A stretch of DNA of 24,279 nt from a virus (IMGVR_UViG_3300035561_000031:1-24279); one strand, 5' to 3'. Positions 9,587 through 18,610 are shown, counted from the first letter of the stretch. The notes: a model not told the origin generated them from the letters alone. A program made the numbers and translations.

Positions 9587-10057
9587 TTAAGATTGAATGA
9601 ACTCACCGGACACAAGCTTGTGACCAAGGTAGCTAACAACTTTGTTCTGACTATCAAGCTCATAAAGCAAGTAGCCGTCACCGTCTGCACCCTGATTAAC
9701 AGTAGCACTATTGCCGGTCATGTTTGTAGTTCCTGAAATGACATCTCCCTTATTAGGAGCCGCCGGAACTGTCGCCATCGGCTATGCAAATCTATTGCCG
9801 CTTCCAACAGTTGGAGCTGTAATAGTAATTGCAATTGAAGATTCACCACCTACAAAGGTAGCCGTGATTGCAGTAGGCGCTTCAGGCGGCGCTTCCTCAA
9901 CAGTCACTTCTGTGAACTTCAAGGTAAGCGCACCCTGCAGAGAACCTCTGACCAAAGACTGGGAAACTGCCACAACCTCACCAACGTCTTCACCGTTGAT
10001 AAGAGCATGCTTTACAGCACCAGAAGAATCAACCTGCAATGTTAAAACATTAGCCAT
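9587..10057 (-). CDS. Accessory tail (decoration, Ig-like) protein interrupted by one in-frame TAG at 9782-9784: readthrough or nonsense allele
   Basis: The ORFs 9782..10057 and 9587..9778 share a frame and are separated only by TAG CCG. A strong RBS is present only before 10057. Confidence 0.6.
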
Positions 10058-10074
10058 TGTTTAATCCTCCTTTC

Positions 10075-10668
10075 TTAGGACGGGAACTTAACTGCGTCAA
10101 ACCAGGTGTCCATTGCCGCTTGGCTGGCATCCGGGTTATCAGAGTCAAGTTCGTACTTCCAAAGTCTCTTAGATTTGGAACCGATAGTAGTAGGGTTACT
10201 CAACTTAACAAACTGACCGGAAATCGTGTCAGACTGGAAGTTGATGCTGTCTGCCTTAGTTTCGCTGTTATCTTCAGGGTCCGCAAAACGGCCTTTGTAA
10301 AGCCATACATAACGGTATTTACCATTGGACTTCAGCGTACGGAAGGAGATAGCTACAAACGGTGGAGTATCATCGTCTGCGTAAGCAACACCGCCGTTGG
10401 CGTCAATCGTGTGACCGAGCAAATCAGCTTTGTTCTCAGTGGTAAGCGAGTTCTTCTGAATCTCAACATCGATATTACCAAGAGTAGAAGCCGTATCACC
10501 AGGGCCATCATCGAAGAAAGCAGTGGCAAGCGAAGCGTTAGGATTGATGTTTACGTGCATTACACCAGGTGCAGCTTTGATAGCAGCGTAAACAGGTGCG
10601 GTCGTTGCTGTATCTTCAGTAGTCATCAAAGCATAATGAAGATTATCGCAACCTATTCTCATAGCCAT
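10075..10668 (-). CDS. Major tail tube protein (phi13-like family, 197 aa)
   Basis: Motifs IGCDNLHYA, PFVAISFRTLKSNGKYRYVWLYKGRF and ETKADSINFQSDTISGQF. Located after the tail terminator. Confidence 0.93.
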   Translation of the reverse strand: MAMRIGCDNLHYALMTTEDTATTAPVYAAIKAAPGVMHVNINPNASLATAFFDDGPGDTASTLGNIDVEIQKNSLTTENKADLLGHTIDANGGVAYADDDTPPFVAISFRTLKSNGKYRYVWLYKGRFADPEDNSETKADSINFQSDTISGQFVKLSNPTTIGSKSKRLWKYELDSDNPDASQAAMDTWFDAVKFPS

Positions 10669-10680
10669 AGTTTTTTCCTC

Positions 10681-11082
10681 CTATTCAATATTAGTTGTGA
10701 TTCCTATATTGAAACAGTAATACGCTCGATTGTTTTCATCAGTCTTGTATCTAAACGGTGGCTGTCGTAGGTATAGTTGCCCCCACCGAGATTCAGTAAG
10801 GTCTATCCTACCAGTCTCGTCTTGATTGTCTACAAAGACTTTGAAAATCTCTAACGCTTTCTGCCTCGCAAGGTCTGCATCTTTATTTCTTGTAGATACT
10901 TGAACCGACCGATGCGCCGTCGGGTCAACTGGAATCATAGGGTCTCCCCTATACTCAATAAGAGCAATCAGTGTATCAGGTTCTTCGGGAATAAAGTCAC
11001 GAAATGCATCGACACCGTCTCCTATAACAACGTTTTTAGTGGTTAAGAATGTAATGATGTCAAGCAATAATGGCTGTCCCAT
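10681..11082 (-). CDS. Tail terminator / tail completion protein (133 aa)
   Basis: Motifs SVQVSTR...ARQKALEIF and QPPF...DENNRAYYCFN. Directly upstream of the major tail protein. Confidence 0.8.
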   Translation of the reverse strand: MGQPLLLDIITFLTTKNVVIGDGVDAFRDFIPEEPDTLIALIEYRGDPMIPVDPTAHRSVQVSTRNKDADLARQKALEIFKVFVDNQDETGRIDLTESRWGQLYLRQPPFRYKTDENNRAYYCFNIGITTNIE

Positions 11083-11096
11083 AAGTACCCTCCTTT

Positions 11097-11555
11097 CTAA
11101 TCACTCATTGAAGCTAAAGATTCTTGTGCATACTTGAATACTGTTCGCTTGAACTTGCTAGCTGCATATTCTCGTACTGGGTCTTCCAAAAACTTAGCCT
11201 TACCATTCAAATGTACTGCAGTCATATCTTCATGAACAGCAAGCATATAAGAAGAAGCAGGTCGACCAGTCTTAGGATTTATTGGGTCTCCATTTCCTCC
11301 ATAGCCTATGATTGCTTCATAAGCCCAAGTGGTAAGAGCCGTGTCGCTTCTTCGCGATACTTCATAGTAAGCACTCATCAGCAACGTGTAGGTTTCTTTT
11401 GGTACTTGTGCCATACTCTCGCCAATAATCTCCTGGCAAGCTGCTTCAGTGGCTTTCTTTGTACCTCTGAAAACATTCTGTATAGCAATTTGACAAGTTG
11501 CATCAAACTTTTGTAGCTCATTCTTAGGAAAGTTGAAGTCTATCGTCGCTCTCAT
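11097..11555 (-). CDS. Tail completion / neck protein (HK97 gp10-like, 152 aa)
   Basis: Motifs VPKETYTLLMS, YMLAVHE and GKAKFLEDP. Canonical position in the neck module. Confidence 0.8.
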   Translation of the reverse strand: MRATIDFNFPKNELQKFDATCQIAIQNVFRGTKKATEAACQEIIGESMAQVPKETYTLLMSAYYEVSRRSDTALTTWAYEAIIGYGGNGDPINPKTGRPASSYMLAVHEDMTAVHLNGKAKFLEDPVREYAASKFKRTVFKYAQESLASMSD

Positions 11556-11872
11556 TATAGATACACCAACTTTATATCTGGCTGACCATTTCTGTAATAA
11601 TATCCAATAGCTTTGACCTCAGTCTCTCTACCTTCAAAAACTACATTGTCCAGCTCATCAATTTCTGTAGGTCCATCTACATACAGAATCTTGTTAGAAA
11701 CAACTTCTTTACCTTCCTTGTTTGTAACTACCTGTACCTTACCCTCAGCATAACAGTCCATATTGATTGGGTCACCAAGTACTTTTGCACCGGTTCCTGA
11801 GCGCTTAATAAAAGGCTTTCGTATTGCGGTTAAGTTCATCCAAGACTTTAAGCTATTATACAAGATTGTCAC
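11555..11872 (-). CDS. Head closure / stopper protein (~105 aa; true start possibly TTG at 11863)
   Basis: Motif VVTNKEGKEVVSNKILYV. Small beta-rich protein located after the adaptor gene. Confidence 0.75.
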   Translation of the reverse strand: MTILYNSLKSWMNLTAIRKPFIKRSGTGAKVLGDPINMDCYAEGKVQVVTNKEGKEVVSNKILYVDGPTEIDELDNVVFEGRETEVKAIGYYYRNGQPDIKLVYL

Positions 11873-12257
11873 CCAGCTTTCCAGCCCTTAAGGGCCATGG
11901 CGGATTGTTCTGCATACCCTTTCTGAAAACTTTAGGATAAGCATACTTAGGCAACGATATTCCTGCGCTAGCTAACAAGCCTTCATAATGCTTAGCTTGC
12001 TGCTGAAAATATTCCAGCCGTTTTGTAGGGTCTTCGGATTGAGGTCCAAGGGTTCTTTTTATGTCTCTTGCAAAGATTGTAGCTACATGCGTAAAGATAT
12101 AGTATCTGAGAACATTTGCATTAGCACCGTATTCGTCGATAAGATATTGGATTTCCTCGTCCTGCAGAATCGGTTCATTCTTATTTGTATCACCTACAAG
12201 AAAACGTACTTCATCTATAGGACTATCCTTTGGATTTCCAGAGTAGCTCCAAGACAT
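11856..12257 (-). CDS. Head-tail adaptor / connector protein (133 aa)
   Basis: N-terminus WSYSGNP...DEVRFLVGDT...ILQDEEIQYLI is typical of adaptor proteins. RBS AGGAGGTG. Confidence 0.85.
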   Translation of the reverse strand: MSWSYSGNPKDSPIDEVRFLVGDTNKNEPILQDEEIQYLIDEYGANANVLRYYIFTHVATIFARDIKRTLGPQSEDPTKRLEYFQQQAKHYEGLLASAGISLPKYAYPKVFRKGMQNNPPWPLRAGKLGDNLV

Positions 12258-12268
12258 CTTATCACCTC

Positions 12269-12787
12269 CTACTTAATGTTCTCAGTCACCTTTGCTTTCG
12301 CAGTAGCTTTTGCAACTGGAGTAGCCTCTTTGGCTTTTTCCTCAGCTTCTGCCTTGGCTTTTTCCTCAGCTTCTGCCTTGGCTTTTTCCTCAGCTTCTGC
12401 TTTGGCTTTTTCCTCAGCTTCTGCTTTGGCTTTTTCCTCAGCTTCTGCTTTGGCTTTTTCCTCAGCTTCTGCAACCGCTGCCTGTACCTGCTTAAACGTT
12501 AAGTCTTCAGGCAAATCAAGTCCTAATTCTTCAACGCGCTTAGCAAGCAGTTCTTTCTCTTCATCAGATTCCTTTGAAGGTACCTCGTCAAGCTTCGGAA
12601 TAGTAACACCGTACCTCTGCTCAAACAAAGTAGCATACTGCTCAAAGTTCTGCTCGGTAACCTCTACAATATGTTTTTCCTGTAGACGGAACCTGAATCT
12701 TTTAATTCCTGTCGGGTCAACAACTGACCCGACAGGTACCGGCCCCTCCGCATCGCGGAAAGCACGCCGACAAATGAAGTATGACAT
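12269..12787 (-). CDS. Hypothetical head-associated protein with (AEEKAKAE)6 repeat (172 aa)
   Basis: Coupled to the capsid gene by TAATG. Lies between the capsid and adaptor genes. Low-complexity charged C-terminus. Confidence 0.75.
   Translation of the reverse strand: MSYFICRRAFRDAEGPVPVGSVVDPTGIKRFRFRLQEKHIVEVTEQNFEQYATLFEQRYGVTIPKLDEVPSKESDEEKELLAKRVEELGLDLPEDLTFKQVQAAVAEAEEKAKAEAEEKAKAEAEEKAKAEAEEKAKAEAEEKAKAEAEEKAKEATPVAKATAKAKVTENIK
12329..12472. repeat. Tandem repeat, 6 x 24 bp
   Basis: Unit (t/c)ttggctttttcctcagcttctgc, six consecutive copies differing only at one synonymous position. Confidence 0.97.
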
Positions 12788-13761
12788 TACTGTACGATGT
12801 CCTTGAAGAACACACCGAGGTCATCGCCAATCTTCTTAGCGTCGAATGCGATTTCTCCTTCGATACGTTCTACACCGAGGCCGAGCAGGTCCATCGGAAG
12901 TCTTACGATTCTGTTACCATACGCACCAGCACCTTCAAGGCCAGTCCATGCAAAGATGTAACCAGCAGAAGCAGAACGAAGGCTCGGAGTAGGATTGCTG
13001 TAGCAAAGCAGAGCATTCTTACCCATAATGAAGCCAATATCATCTGTAGCACCCTTCTTACCAGAGTTAACTACAGCCCATGCTACATACACGTTCTGAA
13101 CTTCAAACAAAGAAGCAAGCAACGCAGTAGTAACAATACCGGTTTCAGTGTACTTGATACGGTCAAGAACATCAAAGTGATTCTTCAATGCATTGAACAC
13201 GTACGGGGAAAGAACCAAAGTGTTCGGTTTCATACCGGTAAGGCCGGCCATACGAATACCTTCGTTGGTAACATCACCGATAGGGTTGGATGTATCAAGA
13301 TTCCAGAAGATTGCTTGAGCCGCTGCAGGAGTAGCTGCAACACCGGTAATCTCTCTTGTCCATACACCCGCTTTGAAGAACTTGGACGCCCATTCCATCT
13401 CCCTGCGGATAAGCATCTTCTGGGTGACGTAAATCTGTGCATCCTTGTCTGCATCAAGAGGTTCATCGTAGTTGATACGGTCCTCAGGAGCAACGTCCTT
13501 ATGGAAAGCGTGTTTCTTGCAGTGGTAAACATCAGTCTCAAGGTCGTAATCACCGCCAGCAGATTCTGCAATACGGCCACGCACCTGAGCTTCGTCCCTG
13601 AGAAAGTCTCCAGTGTTGTAGATGTAGAACACATCAGACTGGCGCTTAACAGGAACAATCGGGAAAACTTTATCAGCGATATATGCGGATTCATCCTGCA
13701 TATAAGCAACTGACATATTGGTTAACGCTCTATCAATATGAGCTTGATTCATTTCAGGCAT
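12787..13761 (-). CDS. Major capsid protein (324 aa)
   Basis: Motifs HIDRALTNMSVAY...IADKVFPIVPV and KPNTLVL...FNALKNH. Size and position after the scaffold and decoration genes fit. RBS AAAGGAG. Confidence 0.93.
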   Translation of the reverse strand: MPEMNQAHIDRALTNMSVAYMQDESAYIADKVFPIVPVKRQSDVFYIYNTGDFLRDEAQVRGRIAESAGGDYDLETDVYHCKKHAFHKDVAPEDRINYDEPLDADKDAQIYVTQKMLIRREMEWASKFFKAGVWTREITGVAATPAAAQAIFWNLDTSNPIGDVTNEGIRMAGLTGMKPNTLVLSPYVFNALKNHFDVLDRIKYTETGIVTTALLASLFEVQNVYVAWAVVNSGKKGATDDIGFIMGKNALLCYSNPTPSLRSASAGYIFAWTGLEGAGAYGNRIVRLPMDLLGLGVERIEGEIAFDAKKIGDDLGVFFKDIVQ

Positions 13762-13777
13762 TGTCTATTCTCCTTTC

Positions 13778-14134
13778 TTAAAGTTTTACCGCAATTATTG
13801 TGCCTGCGGCCGCCGCGTCTGAAAAAGCAATACCAACAACGGTATCACCAGTTGCAACAATGGCTTTACCATCCGCATTCGAAACAACTTTCGAACCGCA
13901 CGGAATGGCTGCAGCCGCTTCGACCATCATGATACCGTCCGCAATATCTACAACCTGTGCATCCGGATATTTAACGGGGTCAATCTCATTACGAGAAACG
14001 CCAATAACATCCGTACTAGCTGTAGCCTGAATTGCCTGACCAGTAGCATCAATGGAGACAAAGCGATATCTGCCAATTGCAGTTGTTGCCGGAAGACTAA
14101 ACTGACTTCCAGGGATTTCATAAGCAGTAAGCAT
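13778..14134 (-). CDS. Capsid decoration / cement protein (DUF2190-like, 118 aa)
   Basis: Motif GIMMVEAAAAIPCGSKVVSNADGKAI...VVGIA...AAAAGTII. Directly upstream of the capsid gene. Confidence 0.85.
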   Translation of the reverse strand: MLTAYEIPGSQFSLPATTAIGRYRFVSIDATGQAIQATASTDVIGVSRNEIDPVKYPDAQVVDIADGIMMVEAAAAIPCGSKVVSNADGKAIVATGDTVVGIAFSDAAAAGTIIAVKL

Positions 14135-14958
14135 TAGTTCGCACCTCCTTGTAGATATTGTTTGTAAAGGTCGGGATTCTCATTCACAACCTTTGAGATT
14201 GCTTTGGCTTTGGAAATACTGTCTTTCTTCGCTACCTCGTCAGCCTTAGCTTCAATCTGGGCCCATGCTTCGTTGCTTGTGGAAGCCGTACCCGCACCAG
14301 CCTTGCTCTTACCAACTTCGCCGAGAACTGTTTCATCCATTGCAGTAGCAACGGTGGCAAGCAGTTCAAGAACTTCGGGTGTGGCACCCTTCACAAGCTC
14401 TACGAGCTTAGCCTGTTCAATTGGCAAAGATTTCAAAGTAGCCGCCTTAGCAACCGCATCCGCATGCTTCTCAGCATCCTTAGCTTTTCGCAGCTCTTCT
14501 TCAGCTGCATTTTTCTGAGCTTTCATTTTGGTAAACAGCTCACGAGCTTCCTTAGGCATGGCTTTCATAGTCTCTTCCTCATCGAAAGCCGCTTTAGCAG
14601 CACCGTCTTTACCTTCATCCTGCTTTAACGCATCAAGTTCTGATTTAGCTATTGCCAAATCGTCATTTGCCGTTTCAAGCTTTCCGTTGGTTTCGTCAAG
14701 CTGCTTCTTTGCCTCATCGCGCTCAGTGGTTACTGTCGCCAAATCTTCCTTAGCCTTGGTAACTTCTCCAGCCAACTTATCGAGTTCGGCTTGAACAAGC
14801 TTCCCTTGCTCAGGGCTCATCTTTGCGATGACTTCTTTGTAGTCCATAGATTCCTTTCGCTCCTTTCTCTTAAAAAGTTCTATGAAAGCAGCCGAATTGG
14901 CACCTTCATCAACTAAGTCGACCCGGTCAACGACCAAGTCTTCAAGTAAGTATGGCAT
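14134..14958 (-). CDS. Capsid scaffolding protein with a protease-fold peptide at the N-terminus; probable nested start at 14847
   Basis: Long charged coiled coil with a C-terminal ...ENPDLYKQY tail. N-terminus LEDLVVDRVDLVDEGAN. Internal AAGGAG...AAAGGAATCT-ATG. Confidence 0.8.
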   Translation of the reverse strand: MPYLLEDLVVDRVDLVDEGANSAAFIELFKRKERKESMDYKEVIAKMSPEQGKLVQAELDKLAGEVTKAKEDLATVTTERDEAKKQLDETNGKLETANDDLAIAKSELDALKQDEGKDGAAKAAFDEEETMKAMPKEARELFTKMKAQKNAAEEELRKAKDAEKHADAVAKAATLKSLPIEQAKLVELVKGATPEVLELLATVATAMDETVLGEVGKSKAGAGTASTSNEAWAQIEAKADEVAKKDSISKAKAISKVVNENPDLYKQYLQGGAN

Positions 14959-14978
14959 CCAAACTCACCTCCTAATTA

Positions 14979-14999
14979 TATTATACGCTGATTGGTTGC
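14979..14999 (-). promoter_or_regulatory. Putative late promoter (GCAACCAA-N3-GCGTATAATA) for the scaffold-capsid-tail genes
   Basis: Fills the 52-bp gap upstream of the scaffold RBS. The same motif occurs at 19979-19999. Confidence 0.7.
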
Positions 15000-15010
15000 A
15001 AATAATAACA

Positions 15011-15790
15011 TTAAAGCTCAACACGCTTTGCGTGGCCCTGAATCGAGAACATTTTGAATGTACCATTCTTTACTTGCTCAAAAACTACAGGGTCGAGTAT
15101 TTTGACAGTAATGAACCATCCCTCAGGTATGATACCCTCTGGAATGCCTATCGCAGCTTGCTTTTCTTTAGTGAATACGATAGATTCTACAACAATTCCT
15201 TTAGAATCGCCTTCATGCATCGCCCCACTGCCACGATAGTCCATCATAAAGTTGATAGCTGCTTTCTCAAGGGTCTCTGGCCTTATGATGTCATCTTGCC
15301 AATCCAAGGGCAGACTACCATCAGCATTAACTGCTACATTAGCCCAACCGCTTACAAGACCCTCACTGTCATTTGCTTTAGCAACTTTGAAAGTAGTAGT
15401 TATTGACATGTTCTTCTGTTGTAGTAAACTTAATGAAGCCTTGAACGGTAAAAACAGGTTATCTGCCTCAAGAAGGTCACTTAATTCTACAAAGTTAGCA
15501 GACTTTTGTTCAATACCATCTGCGACCGGAGTACCTTCGTACTGAGTGCAAAGGTACACAGTAGAATTACAGTACTCTTCAGGCATACCTGATAGTTCTC
15601 CAAGAAGCTCTAACTCTGTAGGAACTATACCAAACTCTTCTTCAGTCTCTCTAAGAGCAGCTGATTTCAAATCCTCACCATCATCAAGATGGCCGCCTGG
15701 CCCACAGATAGTTCCATCATCTGTACGTGTAGCAGTAAGAACCTTACTACCTTGCATTACAATTACTCCAACGCCTCTTTTTATGTCCAT
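15011..15790 (-). CDS. Nudix hydrolase fused to an XkdF-like putative prohead protease (259 aa)
   Basis: Complete Nudix box G-HLDDG-E-DLKSAAL-RE-TE-EE-FGI. C-terminal half has LVSGWA...DWQDDII...LEKAAINFM...MH...VVES...GWFITVK...FSIQG. Located between portal and scaffold. Confidence 0.88.
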   Translation of the reverse strand: MDIKRGVGVIVMQGSKVLTATRTDDGTICGPGGHLDDGEDLKSAALRETEEEFGIVPTELELLGELSGMPEEYCNSTVYLCTQYEGTPVADGIEQKSANFVELSDLLEADNLFLPFKASLSLLQQKNMSITTTFKVAKANDSEGLVSGWANVAVNADGSLPLDWQDDIIRPETLEKAAINFMMDYRGSGAMHEGDSKGIVVESIVFTKEKQAAIGIPEGIIPEGWFITVKILDPVVFEQVKNGTFKMFSIQGHAKRVEL

Positions 15791-17181
15791 TAGTTTTCAC
15801 CTCCCGTATAGTTCATGTCATTTTGTTCCAGGTCCTTTTGAGAAGTGTCATCTACAGGGTCAGTCGTTGTTTCCTCATTACCCGCATTATTAGGGTTTTT
15901 AGCACTTGAGCTATAGATTGCCTTGTGTTCCTCTTCACTAAGCTCAGGCATATTCATAATACGTCTGAGATAGTTCTGTAGGTCACGGTCATCATTTATC
16001 TTCAAGCCCATTGAACGAAGAATCAAAGCAACTTCCTTAAGAGACGGTGTTTGAATCTGTCCAGGAACAATCTTAGGAAGGCTTGTAAGCCCTACAAAGT
16101 TATTTGCCTGAAAAAGTCTCGGTACTGCATCCGTATTAAATACATCAGCAATATTAAGAAGCTGAGATTGTAATGATGCTGCAAGCATAGACTGTTTTGT
16201 ATCAGCCAATGCAAATGAACCTGACTTATTACCAAGTAAGATAACATCAGAAAGCATTGTAATCGCAATTCTGTTATCATAACGCTCGATTGTAGTTCCA
16301 ATATCAATTTGTCTTGAGGAACCAGACGTCAAAAGCTTAAGGTCCCACCCATATGGGAGAAGCACGCCCTCCTCACTGTCTCGTCTAACATTAGCTACAA
16401 GCTCTTCTGCTCGTGACCGTAAGGCAACCATGTTTGGGTCATCTTCATTCCAAAGGTCCAATCCCTCAGGAGACTGAAGAACCGGGAAGCCTGCAAGGTC
16501 TCTTTCAATGCCAATACCCTCAATTTCTTCAAAATGCTTCTTAAAGAACCAAGGTCTATAAGCATTTCGAAGCAAAGATTTGCCTTCAGGGTTGTCTCTT
16601 GTAACACGCGTACGGAAAAGCAATCCTTTACTGAATGGTATAATAACTTTCTGATAGTTAGGTTCTGCTAATTGCTCGAAAGCAACTGCTTCATTATCCT
16701 TATTGAAAATCCAGCCATTTAAGGAGTTCTGAGACCTGACTGGCAGGTTTCTCCAGCCAATTCTACCGTCAGAATACTTGCTTCTGTAACGTGCACTTCG
16801 CTCTGTAGGGCCTCGTCTTACCTTGTAAAGAATCTCATGGAAGCTAAATCCATAAGTAAGCATAGACAAAATCTCGGAAATAATGTCCGGCCAAGACATC
16901 TCCATATCATCCATGCACTCTTTTAGGAACTTAGCTGCTTCTGTATCTTCTTTACTTGTAGATGCAGGTTCTACAGACCATGATGTACCGCGTATCAACA
17001 TCTCAGCAAGATACAATATTGCGCCAATAACTGGGTCATTATCAGCCATTTCTTGGTATATTTTACCCGCACGTGGCCAGCGTAGCTCAGGTAAAAACTC
17101 TTCGTATACATACGGTCCGTATCGCTTCAGGCCCGTTGTACCTAGTTGTTTGAAATTAACAACTTTGTTGGTATTTTCCAA
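15790..17181 (-). CDS. Portal protein (DUF935 / Mu gp29-like)
   Basis: Follows TerL. Motifs NPEGKSLLRNAYRPWFFK, GIERDLAGFPV and GSFALA. Start moved from GTG 17190 to TTG 17181, 8 nt after AGGAGG. Confidence 0.92.
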   Translation of the reverse strand: MENTNKVVNFKQLGTTGLKRYGPYVYEEFLPELRWPRAGKIYQEMADNDPVIGAILYLAEMLIRGTSWSVEPASTSKEDTEAAKFLKECMDDMEMSWPDIISEILSMLTYGFSFHEILYKVRRGPTERSARYRSKYSDGRIGWRNLPVRSQNSLNGWIFNKDNEAVAFEQLAEPNYQKVIIPFSKGLLFRTRVTRDNPEGKSLLRNAYRPWFFKKHFEEIEGIGIERDLAGFPVLQSPEGLDLWNEDDPNMVALRSRAEELVANVRRDSEEGVLLPYGWDLKLLTSGSSRQIDIGTTIERYDNRIAITMLSDVILLGNKSGSFALADTKQSMLAASLQSQLLNIADVFNTDAVPRLFQANNFVGLTSLPKIVPGQIQTPSLKEVALILRSMGLKINDDRDLQNYLRRIMNMPELSEEEHKAIYSSSAKNPNNAGNEETTTDPVDDTSQKDLEQNDMNYTGGEN

Positions 17182-17186
17182 GTGTG

Positions 17187-18557
17187 TCACCTCCTATTAA
17201 ATCTTGACCAGTATGAACCGCCGACTTTCTTAACACTTGATGGTACTCTCACCAGAGAAGGTCCTCGGAAATAATTGAATGCTCCAGAGAAACCGTCAAT
17301 AGTATCATCTTTCAAACCGTAAGGAAAAACATCAGCTTCATCGAGAAACGGTAGAATGTTTCTACAACGATTTGAAATAAGAACCTTACCACCTTGTGAT
17401 GCAGCAGAGGCAGTTCTAGCTCTCTCAACTTTAGAACCAGAGGAAATGACACCAGCAAAGTCATATCCATTCAGTACACCTCTTGCGAAGTGGTCAATCG
17501 TATACGCGCCTGATGAACCAGGCTCCTGTTCCATCCTTATGGCCACAGAATACCCATCTTCTTCAGCGGTCGCCTTGACAATCTTCTCTACATCAAGAGG
17601 TAATTTCTGAACACGTACTATGTCTTCAATCCAGTACATTCCTTGGTAGTGTGTGAGCTTGAACCCAACGGTCCAGTCAGGTTCACGTTTGTCCCTTGAT
17701 TTTGTCTTTCTTTTTGCAGGGTCTGTTGAAGCCATATCCCAGTATCTAACTGTGCGAGCTCCAGGTGGTACATTATCAAATGGCACGATATTAAACCAAT
17801 GCCTATTGAACATATCGCCAGATGCCTTAATTTCCCAGTTACCGTTAAGTAACCTTTCTCTCTCAACAGGGTCAAGCTCATCAAGTGATTCACGATAAGC
17901 ATCTGCATCAAGATACGGGTTATCATCAAGGCCTGCACCAATAAATATGCGTCCTTTTTCAGGACCTTCAACGAAAAATCGCTGATAGTAATACTCACCA
18001 AATTGCCCGCCAGGGTTTGCCGTCGCTCTAAATCTCAAAGGAACTTGTAGTGTCTTTGGCTTTCTAAGACGTGAGAACAGGTAACGGTAGTTAGCAGGGT
18101 CAATATGAGTTACTTCATCCATTCCTATATACTGGAACTCCGCGCCCTGGTACCTGAAACAGTCATTTGCTGATTCAAGATAGCCAAAGTTTAATGAAGC
18201 ACCAGATGGAAAGTTATATTGCTTATCTTTCTCAGACCAACGAACTTCCTTACTCTCTACAAACGGCATCAGCCACTGCTTCGACATATCAATCAAAGCA
18301 CCTGGTAGAGACAAGTCAGCATAAATCTTACGAAATAGGATAGCCGAATATCCAGGAATATCTACAAATTGTAACGCTGCCATAAGCTGAGCAACCGATT
18401 TACCTCCACCTGCAGCACCACCATAAAGAATCTCCTTTGTCTGATTCATAAGCAAGAAGGCTCGCTGCTTTGGTGTTGGGTCAAACGGAATATATTTTGT
18501 AAGTCTCGGCGTAAGCAATTTCTGTAGTTCATCTGAATCGACTTTAGTCAGGTCCAT
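17187..18557 (-). CDS. terL: Terminase large subunit (456 aa)
   Basis: Walker A YGGAAGGGKS, Walker B YIGMDE, coupling motif ATANPG, and nuclease acidic motifs RYWDMA and DDTIDG. Confidence 0.97.
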   Translation of the reverse strand: MDLTKVDSDELQKLLTPRLTKYIPFDPTPKQRAFLLMNQTKEILYGGAAGGGKSVAQLMAALQFVDIPGYSAILFRKIYADLSLPGALIDMSKQWLMPFVESKEVRWSEKDKQYNFPSGASLNFGYLESANDCFRYQGAEFQYIGMDEVTHIDPANYRYLFSRLRKPKTLQVPLRFRATANPGGQFGEYYYQRFFVEGPEKGRIFIGAGLDDNPYLDADAYRESLDELDPVERERLLNGNWEIKASGDMFNRHWFNIVPFDNVPPGARTVRYWDMASTDPAKRKTKSRDKREPDWTVGFKLTHYQGMYWIEDIVRVQKLPLDVEKIVKATAEEDGYSVAIRMEQEPGSSGAYTIDHFARGVLNGYDFAGVISSGSKVERARTASAASQGGKVLISNRCRNILPFLDEADVFPYGLKDDTIDGFSGAFNYFRGPSLVRVPSSVKKVGGSYWSRFNRR

Positions 18558-18573
18558 ACGAAGCCTCCTTTCT

Positions 18574-18605
18574 AAAGAATAGCTCCTGCCTTTTGAGCAG
18601 GAGCT
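18574..18605 (-). terminator. Hairpin / weak intrinsic terminator between the holin-like gene and terL
   Basis: 9-bp stem AGCTCCTGC/GCAGGAGCT with a 7-nt loop, followed on the minus strand by ATTCTTT. Confidence 0.6.
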
Positions 18606-18610
18606 TCTCC

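Noticed and set aside
10057-10085. Frameshift fusing the major tail protein (TCC TAA) to the downstream accessory gene, as in SPP1 gp17.1*
   Set aside because: The downstream gene's frame has a TAA just before its ATG, the +1 frame closes after a few codons, and the gene has its own strong RBS.
10669-10683. Genome-wide TAG recoding, suggested by the amber at 9782 and the in-frame TAG between tail terminator and major tail protein
   Set aside because: Genes have normal lengths under the standard code, TAG ends several genes at expected positions, and here TAG overlaps the RBS of the next gene.
12781-13713. Long antisense ORFs (12781..13713, 11988..12806, 10057..10770, 14882..15406 and others on +)
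   Set aside because: They shadow well-supported structural genes, I saw no convincing RBS or protein-like features, and codon bias or the tandem repeat explains them.
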